DNA of 64,000 nucleotides from the human T2T-CHM13v2.0 reference genome, Homo sapiens, in the NCBI RefSeq assembly GCF_009914755.1, contig NC_060928.1. The stretch is one strand, 5' to 3'. Below the pieces are notes generated by a model that did no database searches, was not told where the DNA came from, and worked only from the letters and a program-made list of their open reading frames with translations. The translations under genes and the position numbers were made by a program. Below are positions 10,865 to 25,988 of this stretch, one piece after another. The stretch's first letter is position 1. Each line of letters begins with the position of its first letter.

Positions 10865-11344
10865 TCAATCCTGATAGGGCCATGAATGTATATGAGACTT
10901 TGATTTATTATCTTAAAGCTAATTCCTGTGACATTTCCTTCTCACATTTTCTAGTTCTACCCTACTTCCATAGAGGTTCTATGAAATATGCTATTCTACA
11001 TAGATCTAATTTGAGGTTCAAACTAAAAGGAAGTTTTATTACCTATTTTTTTATTGCTCTTGAAATTTTGTTGAGCCTTGTTTCTTTCAGAAGGCAGTTT
11101 TACCCATTTAAAGAAGTTATTTTTCAAGGAACATTAAAAATTTTTGTATCAAATGTATTCAGGAATAAATTTAATTTTTTCCCATTAGGATTAAACTATA
11201 ATTTATGGAATTATATGCTAAGTGTAATACAGACAGATATATTTTATGTAAAATTTGACAAGACAATCTGTGATCATTATACATTTGTATTTAATAAATT
11301 TTCATATTTATTTTATTTATTAATATGTTTGTATCATCATCTCA

Positions 11345-11400
11345 TATCCTAGTTTTGGGCACAGAGTAGGTGCTCAACAAATTTTGTTGAATGAATTTTT
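11345..11400 (+). mobile_element. L2 3' end fragment
   Basis: ggcacagagtaggtgctcaacaaattttgttgaatgaat is the L2 terminus. Confidence 0.6.
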
Positions 11401-11508
11401 AAAATGTATTGGTGTCCACTATATAAGTTACTAGCCTAAGTAACATTGTTCCTACTCTCAGAGAAATTTCAATATGACCCATGAAATTAAAAACATGCAT
11501 CCCCACCC

Positions 11509-11510
<2 letters not shown>

Positions 11511-11543
<33 letters not shown>
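11511..11543. repeat. (AC)n microsatellite
   Basis: Direct read. Confidence 0.95.
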
Positions 11544-11548
<5 letters not shown>

Positions 11549-12149
11549 GCTGGAGAGAAATGTTATTAGTCCTTTCTCTTACTTTGAATTCTAATTTTAT
11601 TACACATTTTGAAAATTATGAATAAATTAATGGTTCCAAGTCATAAATGTTTGCATTTAAAATATATGTGCTATTATATTTTTAAACATCCAAGAAATAT
11701 ACATGCTGTAAAACTTTATGTATTATGGATTCTCTAAACTTAGAATTTCAGAATATTTGACATGAAATGAGCTAAGTTTATATTTTAGGTGCTTTGAGAA
11801 TAACTTCAACAATACCAGCAAAAGGCTTACTAATCAAACTACAGGTACAGACAAATTATAGGAGACCTGGTAAATCAATTTAGGAGAAAGTTTGTCAGAG
11901 CCTTTAAAAGCACATTTGCATATACAAAATCAATATAAGAATTAGTAACGAGTTTCACTCATCTAAGTTGGCAAAGACATATTTTTTACTTGAAACAGAT
12001 TTTGCCAATTATTGATTAAAAATTGCAAGTAAATATTCTACCATTTAGAAGAATTGGCTAGCCTTCTTTCCATTTACTTCCAATTAGTGAGATTTTTTTT
12101 TTTACTACTGTTCATGGCTAGTGGAAGGCATATATTCACAAGGTATTTA

Positions 12150-12457
<308 letters not shown>

Positions 12458-12695
12458 TTATTGAACACCTATACGTATCAGGCACTAGGAATATAATATG
12501 AAAAAAAGCAAAGCAAAGTGTCTGCCCTCATAAAACTTATGTTCTAGTGAGGAGAGACAGATAATAGTAAAGAACAATTAATAACAGTTACACACACACA
12601 CACACACACACAACATGTCAGGCAGACTAAGTAATAAGTGCAAACAATGCATAGTGGTAAGAACATTGAGGGAAGTGATGAGAAGAAGGGTACTA

Positions 12696-13036
12696 TAGTC
12701 AGCCCTCTGTATCTGTGGATTCTACGTTCATGGATTCGACCAACTTTGAATCAAAAATATTTCGGGAAAAAAGATAACTACTTGTATACTGAATATGTGC
12801 AGACTTTCTTTTCTTGTCATTATTTCCTAACAAGACAGTGTAGAAACTATTTACATAGCATTTACATTGTGTTAGCTATTATAAGTAATATAGAGATGAT
12901 TTTAAATATACAGGGGGATGTGCAAAGGTTACATGCAAATACTACACCATTTTATATCAGGGATTTTAGTGTGTGTGGATTTGGGTATCCTCAAGAAGTC
13001 CTGGAACCAAACTCCACAGATACTAAAGTACCACTG
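12696..13036 (-). mobile_element. MER2 (TcMar-Tigger MITE)
   Basis: Ends tagtcagccctctgtatc ... ccactg, flanked by TA on both sides. Confidence 0.85.
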
Positions 13037-14109
13037 TACTTGTTGTAGACAGCTTGGACTGGGAAGTCCTCTCTGAGAAGGTGATATTTGAACAGAGATT
13101 CAAATGAAATAATGAAGATATTTATGCCACTATGTGGAAGAAGAGAGTTCCCAGTAAAAGGAACTGCATATGCAAAGGTCCAGAGTTAAGAGTCTGGTTG
13201 ACATGTTTACAAACTCTGAAAGGAAGCCAGGGTAGTTGGAGCAGAATGAACTCGAAAGAGTGGTACAAGATAAGGTTAGGGAGATCATGAAAAGTCAGAT
13301 TATGTAGGGCCTTAACCATAGGAACGACTGAATTTTATTCTGGGTGAAATGAAAGGGATTTTGTTAGGAAATGATATGATAGGACTTAAGTTTAAAGAAA
13401 ACAATCATTCTTTGGTAAAAACTGACCCTGGATGTAATGGAGGGAAGGAAGAATGAATAGATATGGGAAGATGTAGTTAAAGGACTATTGTCATAATCCA
13501 ATAGAAGTAAGGTAGTTTGGGTTATATAGTTTAGAAGACAGTGGTGAAAAGCATCCAATACCAAAAATGCATTTTAAAAGTAGAACTAACAGAATTTGCT
13601 GATGGATTGGATACAGGATGTGAGAAAAATAAAAAAGAAGAATCAAGAACTACAAGATTTTGAGTCTCAGCAAATGGAAGATAAGAGTTAACATTTACTA
13701 AGAAAGAAAACATTAGAAATGGACAGCATATTTGCTGGAGAAGATCTAAAGTTAGCTTTAGATATGTTAACTCTGAGGCGCATATTGTACATGGAAGTGG
13801 AAATGGCATGTGGGCAGTCGGATATATAAGCCTGAACTTGAAAGTCTTGTGTATAAAATTGGAAATCGTGGGCATAATAGTGCTTTATTTCAGTTAGAAG
13901 GTAGGAAGAATAGGAGGTTCCAGCAAAACCAACTGAAAGAAGCAGCTTCTGGGATTGAAAGGTAACGTCCCCACAGTCAAGCAAATGAATTGTGTCAACC
14001 ATGCTGATAGGTTAAGTAAAATGACAACTGAAATTTGATTGTTGATTTTAATAAAAAGAGAAATTATTTGTGATCTTGACAAGGTAGACTTGTATACCTA
14101 ACAAAAATA

Positions 14110-14345
14110 GCACCTCATCACTCTCTGCCTCTTTATAGGGTTTCAGTTCCTTTTCAGTATTTATAACTACTTGACGTTGCATCTGTATGTGTGCTGTGTT
14201 TGATTTATTTGTTTGTTGGTCTTCTGTCATCTACTTAGATAATATGAACCTTGAGAGCAGGGACTTTGTTTTGTTCCCAATTGAATTTCCATCGCCTGTA
14301 ACATGCCTACCATATTCCAGGTGCTTAATATATGTTTGTTGAAAA
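14110..14345 (+). mobile_element. L2 3' end
   Basis: ccttgagagcagggactttgt...ggtgcttaatatatgtttgttgaa. Confidence 0.65.
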
Positions 14346-15669
14346 AAAACAAATATTTGATTACAATGTTAGTCTGGGTTAGTTTTTCTAACCTTCTAAA
14401 TAGTTTAAATAAGCATTTCAAATATTTTTAGGAAAAACTAAAATTTCACATTTAGATTTTTTAAAGTTACAGAGTCAACTTTCGTAGAGAGTGGACTCAG
14501 GCCTTGAGGATGACAGATGGAATTCAGGAGTTTAGTTTTTAGCACGAGGTGTGTCTCTCACACATCCGTACTGTAAGAATAATTACTTATATAGATCCAA
14601 GGGAAGACACAGTATTACTCATATTTCTTCCTTCTCCAAATACACAAAGGGTTCTATTGTTTGCTTGCAACATCTAAGCTATTCCCTGGTGATAAGTTAG
14701 GACAGATAGCAGCAATTTTCAGAGAGGAAGTGGATACGGTTTGGGTTATGGTTGTTTAGGAGCAGTCCTCAAAAGAGTTTCCCTCTCTATTTCAGGGTGT
14801 TACCTGTGCCCAGCCCAAAGAAATCTAGTCTGTCTTAGAAATTGTGTTAATATGCTTTAGGGTGCCCGTCCTGCCCATATCCCTGCTGTAGGTAAAATGC
14901 CTCAGTAGCCTCACCTGCCAAGTGATCATCAGGTCACAGGTTTAATTACTGCCATTACAGGGGATTGGACTAGGGTGGATGAACATCTGACTAGGGGGTA
15001 CCTATGGGCTGGTAACCTTTAACTTCCCTAATCTAATTTGCACAAGTAAGCTAGATTAATCAGATGCCTTCTGTGAAGGGCTTGCCCTTAAAATTCAAAG
15101 GAAAGTGTACGGTTATTGTTTGAATAAAGGGAAATGCAGGCTGGGGTTAACGTAGCCACTAGCACATGATTCATGTGCAAGGCATGTAAACAGATGAAGC
15201 CATTCTGGGTAGAGGGGTAATAGGTCAGATTCAACAGGGGCGGAGAGAGCAGAAAGAGACATTTCAAAATCTGTGTTCTTTTTGTCCTTCCAAGGCATCA
15301 TTGTTTAATTTTTTTCTGGATATATAAACCCCTCAATACCCTTACAATAAACCCTATTTTCTACAGCTAGTTTGAGTGTTATGTTCCTTACAACCAAAGA
15401 CCCCTAAAAAGAGCCACTAAGATTGTTACTTTACGCCCTCTGTAAGTTTTCACCTACTGATTCTGGTGCTTATGGCAATGCTCTTCTTCAGCAGACAATG
15501 ACCATATTCTACCTTCATCCTTGCCCATACCATTGTTTCTATAGCACACTCAGTACAAAAAAATTAAAGGAGAAAAATTAGTATGGATGGAAAGAGGGAT
15601 AGATAGACTCTGACTAGGCAGTCTTGGGGAATTTTTGAGCTATTGACTGAATATTCTCCATGCCTATTG

Positions 15670-16030
15670 CCATGTCATCATCAGGCAGGTTATAGGCTAT
15701 GCTGCAGTAAAAATGGAAAATCTTGGTAGCTTAACAAAAGTTTGAATTTCTCTGCAGGTCTGGGCAGCCCTCCAGGCTGACTCAGCATTCCAGCCTCCTA
15801 CAATCAGATAGCACAAATATTAACACCTGGTTCCACAGTCACCCAACAGGGCTGGAGAGGGCTGAAGGTCTAAGCCCTAGCAATCAAATGCTTCTGCCTG
15901 GAAGTGATACTCATGAATGACCACACTCACATTCCATAGGCTGAATTCATCATTTGGCTAAACCTAATTTCAAGGGAGGCAGAGTTATGTGATTCTCCCA
16001 CATGTCTGAAATTAGAGATCAAACATTTAT
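15670..16030 (-). mobile_element. MLT1-type LTR fragment
   Basis: taggctatgctgcagtaa...gcttaacaaaagtt pattern. Confidence 0.45.
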
Positions 16031-16334
16031 AAAGGGTAATAATGCCAATCAGCGTATCTAAATAACCCATCTAATCCTGTGGGACCCATATGCTACTCAT
16101 TACAACCCAGTGACTAGGACATTTGTCTTATCTGTTTCACATGCCACAGTTAGTCCTGGAATTACTGTGGAACATACGCGCACACACACACACACACAAA
16201 ACATATTACTAAAAATTAAAGTTTTTAATTAAAATTTTTTGGGTAAAAATTTACTTTTTGTTCCTCATTCATGACCTAAGAATTTCTGTTCTGCTAAATA
16301 TATACTACCTACCTCCCGTGTAATTGTAATGCAT

Positions 16335-16780
16335 AGTCAGCTATCTAAGGTTGGAGTACCTAGATGCGGACCCTGAGATAAATATTCATATAAAGGTGAT
16401 TTATTAAAAAGTGTTCCAAGGAAAAACCAGGGGGGAAGCAGGAAAAGTGACAGGGAAGGGAAGAAAGCCAAGCAAGGGTGATATGTCAAGCAAAGATGGT
16501 TAACTTTGGCCCAATCCTGTGGGGGTCCTCTGGAGACTTATAAGTCACACCTCTGAGCTGTTCCCATCAGGGAGCAGGGAGCTGAGTATTTGTACCACCA
16601 GGCTTGTGTGATCAGACTGCCTCGGAGAGATACGAATTCCTAGGCACTTCCTGCTCTCTCCACGTTTGGGCAAAGGCCAAGGAAGCCTGAGGACAGTGGT
16701 CTGACAAAGATGCAGATACAAGCACAGAGGGAGCTGCTGTGGAAATGGAAAAGTTTGGGACAGGCTCAGGGTTGAGGCAC
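16335..16780 (-). mobile_element. LTR16-like ERVL LTR
   Basis: gcggaccctgagataaatattca...ggtgatttattaa pattern; a related copy lies at ~19490-19870. Confidence 0.5.
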
Positions 16781-17669
16781 TGAGAGCATGTGCTAGTCAG
16801 AATTGATAGCCACTTGGATATAGAGGGATGGTGCAAGGAAAATGACCAGATCACCGACTTAAAGATGCAGTGGGGAAAAAACAATAATCTCTTCTTATCT
16901 CACTTCAGATTACTCTCCTTCTCCCACATCCACAATGAATTTACCATCCTAAGAATAAGGATGATGAATTTCCTGGGCAGATTCCTTCCCTGTTTCTAAT
17001 CCCCAAATGATGTACCCTCCATTGCCCGAAATTCTTAACTCACGGAATATAGCATTTAATTCCTTGATAGGTAAAATGAAAATATTCCTAAAACAGGAAG
17101 TATATTGAGTCAACTCAGAACTGAGATCTGTCCCAGATATTTGCAGTACCCCTCTGCCCAGGCTGGGAAGGCATTAGGTGTATGTTGGATATTTTGTCTG
17201 CTCAGAAGCCTCATTTCAAAGATGACTTATCCACATGATTCTACATGACCCCATCTAAAGGTTATAGTACCATAGATCAAGACTGGATACATGTTGCCTT
17301 CTTTTCCCATGATATTTCTTTCTTTGGAAAACTGAATTCAGTCTTTTCTCTGGAAAACAGGTCAAACTGATACTAAGAAGCTTTCAGCAGCCGTGTTATT
17401 CTACCATATGGATTAGGAAAGAAGAGAAGGTGGTTCTACAGAAAAAAAAAAATGAATCAGTCATGCAGAAAAGAGCAAGCAAAGATGAAAGAAGGAAGAC
17501 GGCTGGTATTCCATTTCCTGATCCCACTGTGTTCCCACGACCCAGCTACATGACAGCCCTTGGGGTCCATGAGACCCCCACAACATTCTTATAATTCATT
17601 AGCATTTTATGCTGGAGTTCGGTTGAATTTCAGTTATGTACAACCGAAGGGTAGTAAGTAATAAAGAAA

Positions 17670-18280
17670 TGTATTCATAATTGCTAAAACTTGGAACCAA
17701 CCAAGATGTTTTTCAGTAGGTGAATGGATAAATAAACTGTGGTACATTCAGGCAATGGACTGTTATTCAGCACTAAAAAGAAATGACCTATCAAGCAATA
17801 AAGAAACATGAAGGAAACTTAAATGCATATTACTAAGTGAAAGAAGCCAACCTGAAAAGGCTACATAGTGTATGATTCCAACTATGTGACATTCTAGAGA
17901 AGGCAAAAGTATGGAGACAATAAAAAGATCAGTGATTGTCAGAGGTCAGCGGGAAGGAAGAGATAAATAGGTGGAGCAGAGAGAATTTTTAGGGCAGTGA
18001 AACTACCCTGTGTAATACTATAACAGTGGGTACATGTCATTCTACATTTGTCCATACTCACAGAATGTACAACACCAAGAGTGAACCCTCATGTAAACTA
18101 TGGCCTTTGGGTAATAATGATGTATCAATGTAGCTTATCAGTTGTAGCACTGTACCACCGTGGTGGGGGACATTGACAGTGGGGGAGGCTATCCATGTGT
18201 GGGGGCAGTGGGTATATGAAATATCTTCATACCTTTCTCTCAATTTTGCTGTGAACCTATAATTAGACTTAAAAATAATA
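17670..18280 (+). mobile_element. L1MC-type 3' end
   Basis: ggtgaatggataaataaactgtggtac...taaactatggcctttgggtaataatgatg...A-rich end. Confidence 0.8.
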
Positions 18281-19489
18281 AGGGAAACTAAGAGTAACAC
18301 AGTTTCTCAGCTGTAAACTCTAACTAGGACAAATCCTGGGTCTAGATCTGTGCAATCACCTTCTCTCCAGAGGTCTTGCAGAATGAGGGGTGGCCCAGAG
18401 GCTATAGTGGTGACAAGCATAGCCCTGGGATATAAGAAGGCTTTCTAGAAGGTACTGCCTCTTTTTTTTCCCCATATCTCTCTTTACAGAAACTTTATTT
18501 TTCTTTCCCTCTTTTGAAATTACTATGGAGCATTATTCCAGGATGTGAAACCCTCTGGGGTCTCATACAAATAAACAATTTGAGAATTGATAATAATGGA
18601 GCATCATAAGATGCATCCAGGAAGGCATCAATGTATGAAATATTGAAGCAGAAAGTGCCTTTCCTAATCTAGGTTGAAAGACTGAAAGACTGATGGGTAG
18701 GCCCCTGTGACTTGATCTATCTCCTGAAAACCATGTGTTACTTATGTATGTTAGAATTTGGAAGTGAGATGATAGTGGGGATACATATTTACATATTTAT
18801 TGAAATTGAAAAACAAAATCACAGTTTTCTTTTTCCTCACAGAAAATTCCACTTTAGTTATTGCTTCACAATTAAGAACTGGCTTTGCCAGTGAAGTTCT
18901 TTGGCAGACTTTTTCTCTAAATTAATTAAGTTAAACGTGCTGCTCTACTGTTTTGATGAAAAATATTTAACATATAAGTGCAATACACAATTTGCTGGAA
19001 ATTACAATTATGTTTAACTATTAAATCATCAATATAAAACTTTAGCTAACAACTGAAAAATATACTGTAAAAAACTATTTTGGAGGCACTCAAGCAAAAA
19101 CATTGGATATCTCTAGATCAGCAAAACATATTCACCCAGACTTAACCACTATGACCAAGACATGCTGGGCAAACCCATTTCTTTTCTTTTCAGACTCTTG
19201 AATGTCTCATGACCTAGGACCACACACTTTGGCCGATTAGCCTAGTGCCCCAGATCTCAAGCATTTGCTAGTTTCTAGTTGTGACAGGTGAAAGAGAAGA
19301 CATAACACAAGTATATTAGGTACCCAAAAGATGGTCTTTTTTGATATTCTAGGGGTAATTAATTTTACTTGTTTTATAAATTTGCATAATGCTAATATCA
19401 AATTTTTATAGTACTCTATAGCTAATAAAATATTTCATGTGTTATTTCATTTTATTCTCATGAACTTTGAGTACATTTTTTTGCCTGTA

Positions 19490-19870
19490 TCTAAAAGCCT
19501 GAGATACAAATTCTTTTCAAATGATTTATTGAGGGAGTATCCTCAGAAGAAGGGGGTGTGAGAGAAGCCAGACAGGACAAGAACTAGAAGACAAACAAGT
19601 GAGTGGTTTCAGCTGGTCACTAGCTTCAATCTAATCCCACAGACAAGCTTTGTGCACAAACTGCACCACAGAGTTGTATCCCCTCCATGCAAGAGGCTGG
19701 CTTTCCGTACCCCTGTCTCTGAGGGCAGGTGGAAGTTCCTGTTTGACCAATACTCTGGGGGCAATTCCATAGAGAAAAGGGACGTTGTCATCAATACTTA
19801 GGGGAAATGGGAGATGGATAATCTAGATGGTAAAGGGAATCTGGGAGGAGCATCAAAAATGTCTCCAGTT
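19490..19870 (-). mobile_element. LTR16-like ERVL LTR
   Basis: agcctgagatacaaattc...tgatttattgagggagt pattern. Confidence 0.45.
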
Positions 19871-19894
19871 GTTTATTTAGAAATAAAGTAACCA

Positions 19895-20286
<392 letters not shown>

Positions 20287-20419
20287 CTATAGACAGTAGA
20301 TGATGCAGCTATGGCATAAGGTCGGGTCTTCTGACAGTATGATACACATTCTTCCCATGCTACACAGGTTCATGTACAATTCATATAGTTTATGGAGCTA
20401 AACAACGTAACGTGAAATC

Positions 20420-20625
20420 TGAATGACATTTACTAGCTATTTCCTTGGATATGTATCCTTTGAGGATATGACTTTAGGCAAGTTATTTAATATATAAAAG
20501 TCTCAATTTCTTAAACTAAAAAATGTGAATAATATTAACTACCCATGGTACATTTCTGAGGATTAAAAACACATGGAAATCATATATCATTGTGCTTTAC
20601 ATAGCGTATATGCTCCCAAATATTC
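20420..20625 (+). mobile_element. MIR
   Basis: tgactttaggcaagttattta...tgaggattaaa core. Confidence 0.6.
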
Positions 20626-20648
20626 ATTTTCCTTCCTTTTCTCTTTTA

Positions 20649-20905
<257 letters not shown>

Positions 20906-21078
20906 AAGACATTACCAGCAGCTTGGAATCACCCACTCCTCCACTTAAGACCCCTACCAATTACCTATTACCCTCCCTATTTCCTAAGGGTACCTCTCAG
21001 GACTTATAACAACACAGATAAATTTTTTGCTAGTTTGAAGGTTATGTAAATGGAATAAAATAAAATTAACATGTACAA

Positions 21079-21380
21079 CTGGGTGCAGTGGCTTATACCT
21101 GCACTTTAGAAGGCTGAGGTGGGAGGAGTTTGAGGCCAGCCTAGGCAACACGGCCAAAAACCGTCTCTACAAAAAATACAAAAATTAGCCAGGTATGGCG
21201 GCATTCCTGTAGTCCCAGCTACTCAAGAGGCTGAAGTGACAGGATTGTTGAGTCTAGGAGGTCGAGGCTGCAGTGAGCCATGATGAAGTCACTGCACTCC
21301 AGCCTGGATGACAAAGTGAGACCCTGTCTCAAAAAAAATAAAAATAAAAAGCAAAACAAAAACAACAACAACAACAAGAA
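21079..21380 (+). mobile_element. AluJ-like with internal deletions
   Basis: gaggtcgaggctgcagtgagccatgat; (AAC)n tail. Confidence 0.88.
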
Positions 21381-22634
21381 ATATGTATCTGTTTTCTTTC
21401 ACTCAATCGATATATGTTTTGCGCATAGTTCTGTTTTTTCCATTTTCATGAATAGCATTACTATTGATGTATATTATTTAAACATTTATTTAAATAAAAT
21501 AAATGAATATTTTATTGTTTGATGAACAATAAAATGGTGAACAAAATATTTTGATGATCAAAAATATTGGTGATGAACATTTTAGTTGTTTTCAGTTTGG
21601 GACTATTACCAATAATACTGCAGTGAATATTACTAAGCTTGTCATTTGCTATGCATGTGCATACATTTCTTTAGGGTAAAAAAATATTGTTTGCTGAATT
21701 ATGAAGTATGATGGTTAGCTTGAATTCATATTGCTAATCAACCTTCCAAAGTGTCTGTAAGAGTTTACACTCCACTCCTCAGCAATAGAAAGCTCTTGTG
21801 GCTCCGTATTTTTACCAGCCCTTGGTTTTCTCTTTTGTTTTTGTTTTTGCCATTCTGGTGGCATACTGTCATGCACTTACCAAACTTATGTTTTCACCTT
21901 TTGTTTCCCTGATGTGTTATGATATTCAGCACCTTCTTATATGTCCAGTGGCCATTTTGACATCCCTTTTTGTGAGTAACTTTTTAAGTCTAATGCCGTA
22001 TTTCTAGTGGATTGTCTTTGTTCATATTGATTTTTAGAACTTCTATATTTTTGGATACCAACCTTTTGTTGTTTTTATCTTCACTCTTTAGTTTGGCTTT
22101 TGCCATCTTAATGATATCTTTCAATATAGAGAAATTCTTAATTTTTAGTCCAACTTGTCCATCTTTTTCCCTTATGATCAGTACTTTTTGTGTTCTAAGA
22201 AATCTTTGTTTCTTCCAAATTTATAAAGATATTCTCTACATTATCTTCTAGATGCTCTATTCTTTTATATTTCACATTTAGTTCTACAACCCCCTGGAAA
22301 TGACTTTTATTTATTGTGTGAGGTTGTAGTTAAGGTTTATTTTTTGCCATATGGAAATGTAATTCTATTTAGTGAAAAGAATGTCCTTTTGCCACTGTTC
22401 TGGGGTGCCACATCAGACATAAATCAATTTATTCATGTACACTCAGGTCTGTTTCTGAATACGTTATTCTGATCCATTATTCGATTCATCTATCCTTGTA
22501 CCAATATCACTATTTCCTTATTACTGTAGCTCTGTATTTATTTTGATATTGAATAGAGCAGGTTCTCCCCGTTTTCTCTTCTTCAAGATTGCCCTGGTTA
22601 TTTGCATTTCAATGTGTATCTGTACAAAAAATTC

Positions 22635-22935
22635 TACTGGGTACAGAAATACAGTCAGATAGAAGGAATAAATAATTTCTAGTATTTGATAGTACAGTAG
22701 AGAAATTATAGTTAACATTAATTTGATGTATATTTCAAAATAACTGGAAGAATTGTAATGTTGCCAACACAAAGATAAATGTTTAAAGTGATAGATATTG
22801 CAATTATCCTGACTTATATTACAGATTGTATTATTACATTACACATTGTGCACATGTATCAAAATATCACATGTATAAAATATACATTTTTTATATATAC
22901 AATGATATATTAATTTTAAAAATTTTAAGAAAAAA
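22635..22935 (+). mobile_element. L1MA 3' end
   Basis: gggtacagaaatacagtcagatagaaggaataa...aaaatatcacatgta. Confidence 0.7.
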
Positions 22936-23093
22936 GAAAAACATGAGACTTTTGAGTAGAATTGCATTCAATTTTTAGGTTAATTTAGAGAAAAGTGGCA
23001 TCTTTCAAACCATGAACATACTATATTTTTCCATTTATTTCAATATTTAATTTCTGTCAATATTGCCTAATAGTTTTAGGGGGAAGAGGTGTT

Positions 23094-23468
23094 TGATATT
23101 GTTTGGCTGTGTCCCCACCTAAATCTCATCTTGAATTATAGTTCCCATAATCACCATGTGTCCTAGCAGGGACCCTGTAGGAGGTCACTGAATCATGGGG
23201 ATGGTTCCCCCATGCTGTTCTCATGATAGGGAGTGATTTCTCATGAGATCTGATGGTTTTATAAGGGGCTTTTCCCTGCTTTGTGCTGCATTTCTCCTTC
23301 CTGATGCCATGTGAAGAAGGACATGTTTGCTTCCCCTTCTGCCATAATTGTAAGTTTCCTGAGGTCTCCCAAGCCATGCTGAACTGTGTATCAATTAAAC
23401 CTTTTTCCTTTATAAATTTCCCGGTTTCAGCTATGTCTTTATTAGCAGTGTGAGAACAGACTAATACA
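23094..23468 (+). mobile_element. THE1 (THE1C-like) solo LTR
   Basis: TGATATTGTTTGGCTGTGTCCCCAC ... GACTAATACA with a 5 bp TSD GTGTT on both sides. Confidence 0.93.
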
Positions 23469-24574
23469 GTGTTTTACATATTTTTTTGGATTTTCTGTAA
23501 ACTAAATGTTTGAAATATTTTGGTAACCATGTAGGAAGAATTAGCTGGCTCAGAATTTGGTTCTGGTTTTCAAAGAGTGCAGGCCGATGCTCATTTGTAT
23601 AGGGGTGTAAGATAATAAGGCTGCTGTGAATGTGCTAATTTCCTGGGATATATTATTTGAGTTTTCTGTAGTAGTAACTTCAATAAATTACAATTAAATA
23701 TTAATGTCTCAGATTTTAAGAGCGGTTACCTAAAGAAATAGTCAAATGAAGATTATTTTACATATTCATACTTTAGGTATAAATTCAATAAATATATATA
23801 GTTTTATTTTGAATTTTTATTTTGAGTGTTTTAAAATTATAGAAATGCTATTATACTCTACACATTCTTTAGCAACTTGCTTTTTCAACATTATTTTAAA
23901 GATATATTCATTTTCTTGCATTTCGGTCTAGTTCTAATTTTAACTATTGCATAGGTTTTTCTCATACAAATAAGTAGGTGTTTATATATAGTCCCACTAA
24001 CATTTAATTTTCTTTTGCAAATTTATTTTTTTAGCTATTAAAACCAATGCGCTATGAACATTTTCGTACATTTATCTTTGCATACATGTGTAAATAGTGC
24101 ATATCTAGTAGTAGAATCACTGGGTTGAAAGCTATACACATCTTTAATTTTATTTGATATTTCAAATTGTCTTTTAACCTGGATGAACCAATTTACACTC
24201 TGTCCAGAATATATGGTCCCTATTTTTAATATATTAACACTTTTGTTTCACCCAACAGACCTACAAGGAGAAATAGACAAATTTACTATTACAGTTGGAA
24301 ACTTTAACACCCCCTCTATAAGAAATGGAGAGATCCAAAAGGTTTCTCCAGAAAATCAATAAGGACATAGTTAAATTCAACTACATCATCACTCAACTGG
24401 ATACAGTTGACATCTGTAAACTACTTTATTAAATAACAGCAGAATATACATCTGCTGGTGAAACAGTATCTCATGTTGTCAAAGTGAATTTTTTGAGTAA
24501 ATGTGAAGTTTAACCTCCTTTATTATGTTTACTGGCCATTTGGTTTCCACTCAGGTAAATTCCTTGCCATTATC

Positions 24575-25055
24575 CATGATGATTTTGTACTGTGTCAATA
24601 TGGCTAGGCTAGACCTATGTTTACCAAAATTTCCTTCCCTGTATGGTTCCAGTTAGAGTTGACTGAAAGGGAAACAAATATGAGATTTAGAAGGTAAAAG
24701 TGAAGCAGATGCCGTTTTGCTTTGAAGGTTATCATGACTGTGAACAATGGTGAGAGACGGGCACAGCCATCTTGGTAGTTTCTAGCTTGTCCTTTCTTTC
24801 CTTCATGATGTCTAGCTTTTCATGATAGCTGGCCTGATGACCAGTCACAATCCTCAGCTCTCCACCAGATCCAGAAACAACAGCCTTCCACAGTCTTCTC
24901 CATCAATACTCCTGTGCATTGTCATTCCAGCAGCTAAAAGTGCCTGGCTTCAGGAGAGCTAGTTAGTGCCTTTTCTCTGATTTTTAAATTTCTTCCTTTA
25001 GAACCTAAGTTCCCCAGCTTTTTCTGCAATTGTGTAAGTTGTTATACAATAAAAA
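24575..25055 (+). mobile_element. ERVL LTR (LTR40/41-like)
   Basis: tgtgtcaatatggctaggctag...ttccctgtatggttcc start; AATAAA at ~25048. Confidence 0.5.
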
Positions 25056-25523
25056 TTTTTCAGAGACAAAACAACTAGAAAAACTGAAAGCAATTGAACA
25101 ACTAATAAAGAAGTAAGAACCTAATAGGCTAAGATCTGAGAGAGAAGAGAGAGACTGAAATAAGCCCAGTATCTGGCATAGCTTTCTAGCTCAAAACATT
25201 TGCCAAATCATAAGCATCTCTCCACATTCCAAGAAGATCAGTGTAATAGAACTAGGAAAAAAAATTAAATTATGGCATTCTCCAAGGAGAAGGAGCCCCA
25301 GTAAAATCTCTGGCTTTCAATAGGGTGACTGGAGGGGTACACTCTAGGAATGATTGCTAACCAGAAATAGAATGGAATTTATAAAACTGATGCCCAGCTT
25401 CAAATCATTTTAAACAGACTTTATAAATATCATTTCTTATTAACTTTTTTAAAAAGACAGCAAGAATACATCCAATTTATAATCAGGCATGTAGAAGAAG
25501 CTTAGAAATCTATACCCTGTCCT

Positions 25524-25988
<465 letters not shown>

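Larger units (their letters stand above)
20930..24570 (-). mobile_element. Old L1M/L1ME fragments (host to Alu, L1MA and THE1 insertions)
   Basis: T-rich antisense L1 3'/ORF2 motifs (ttccaaagtg...tttacactcc, gccattctggtgg). Confidence 0.6.
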
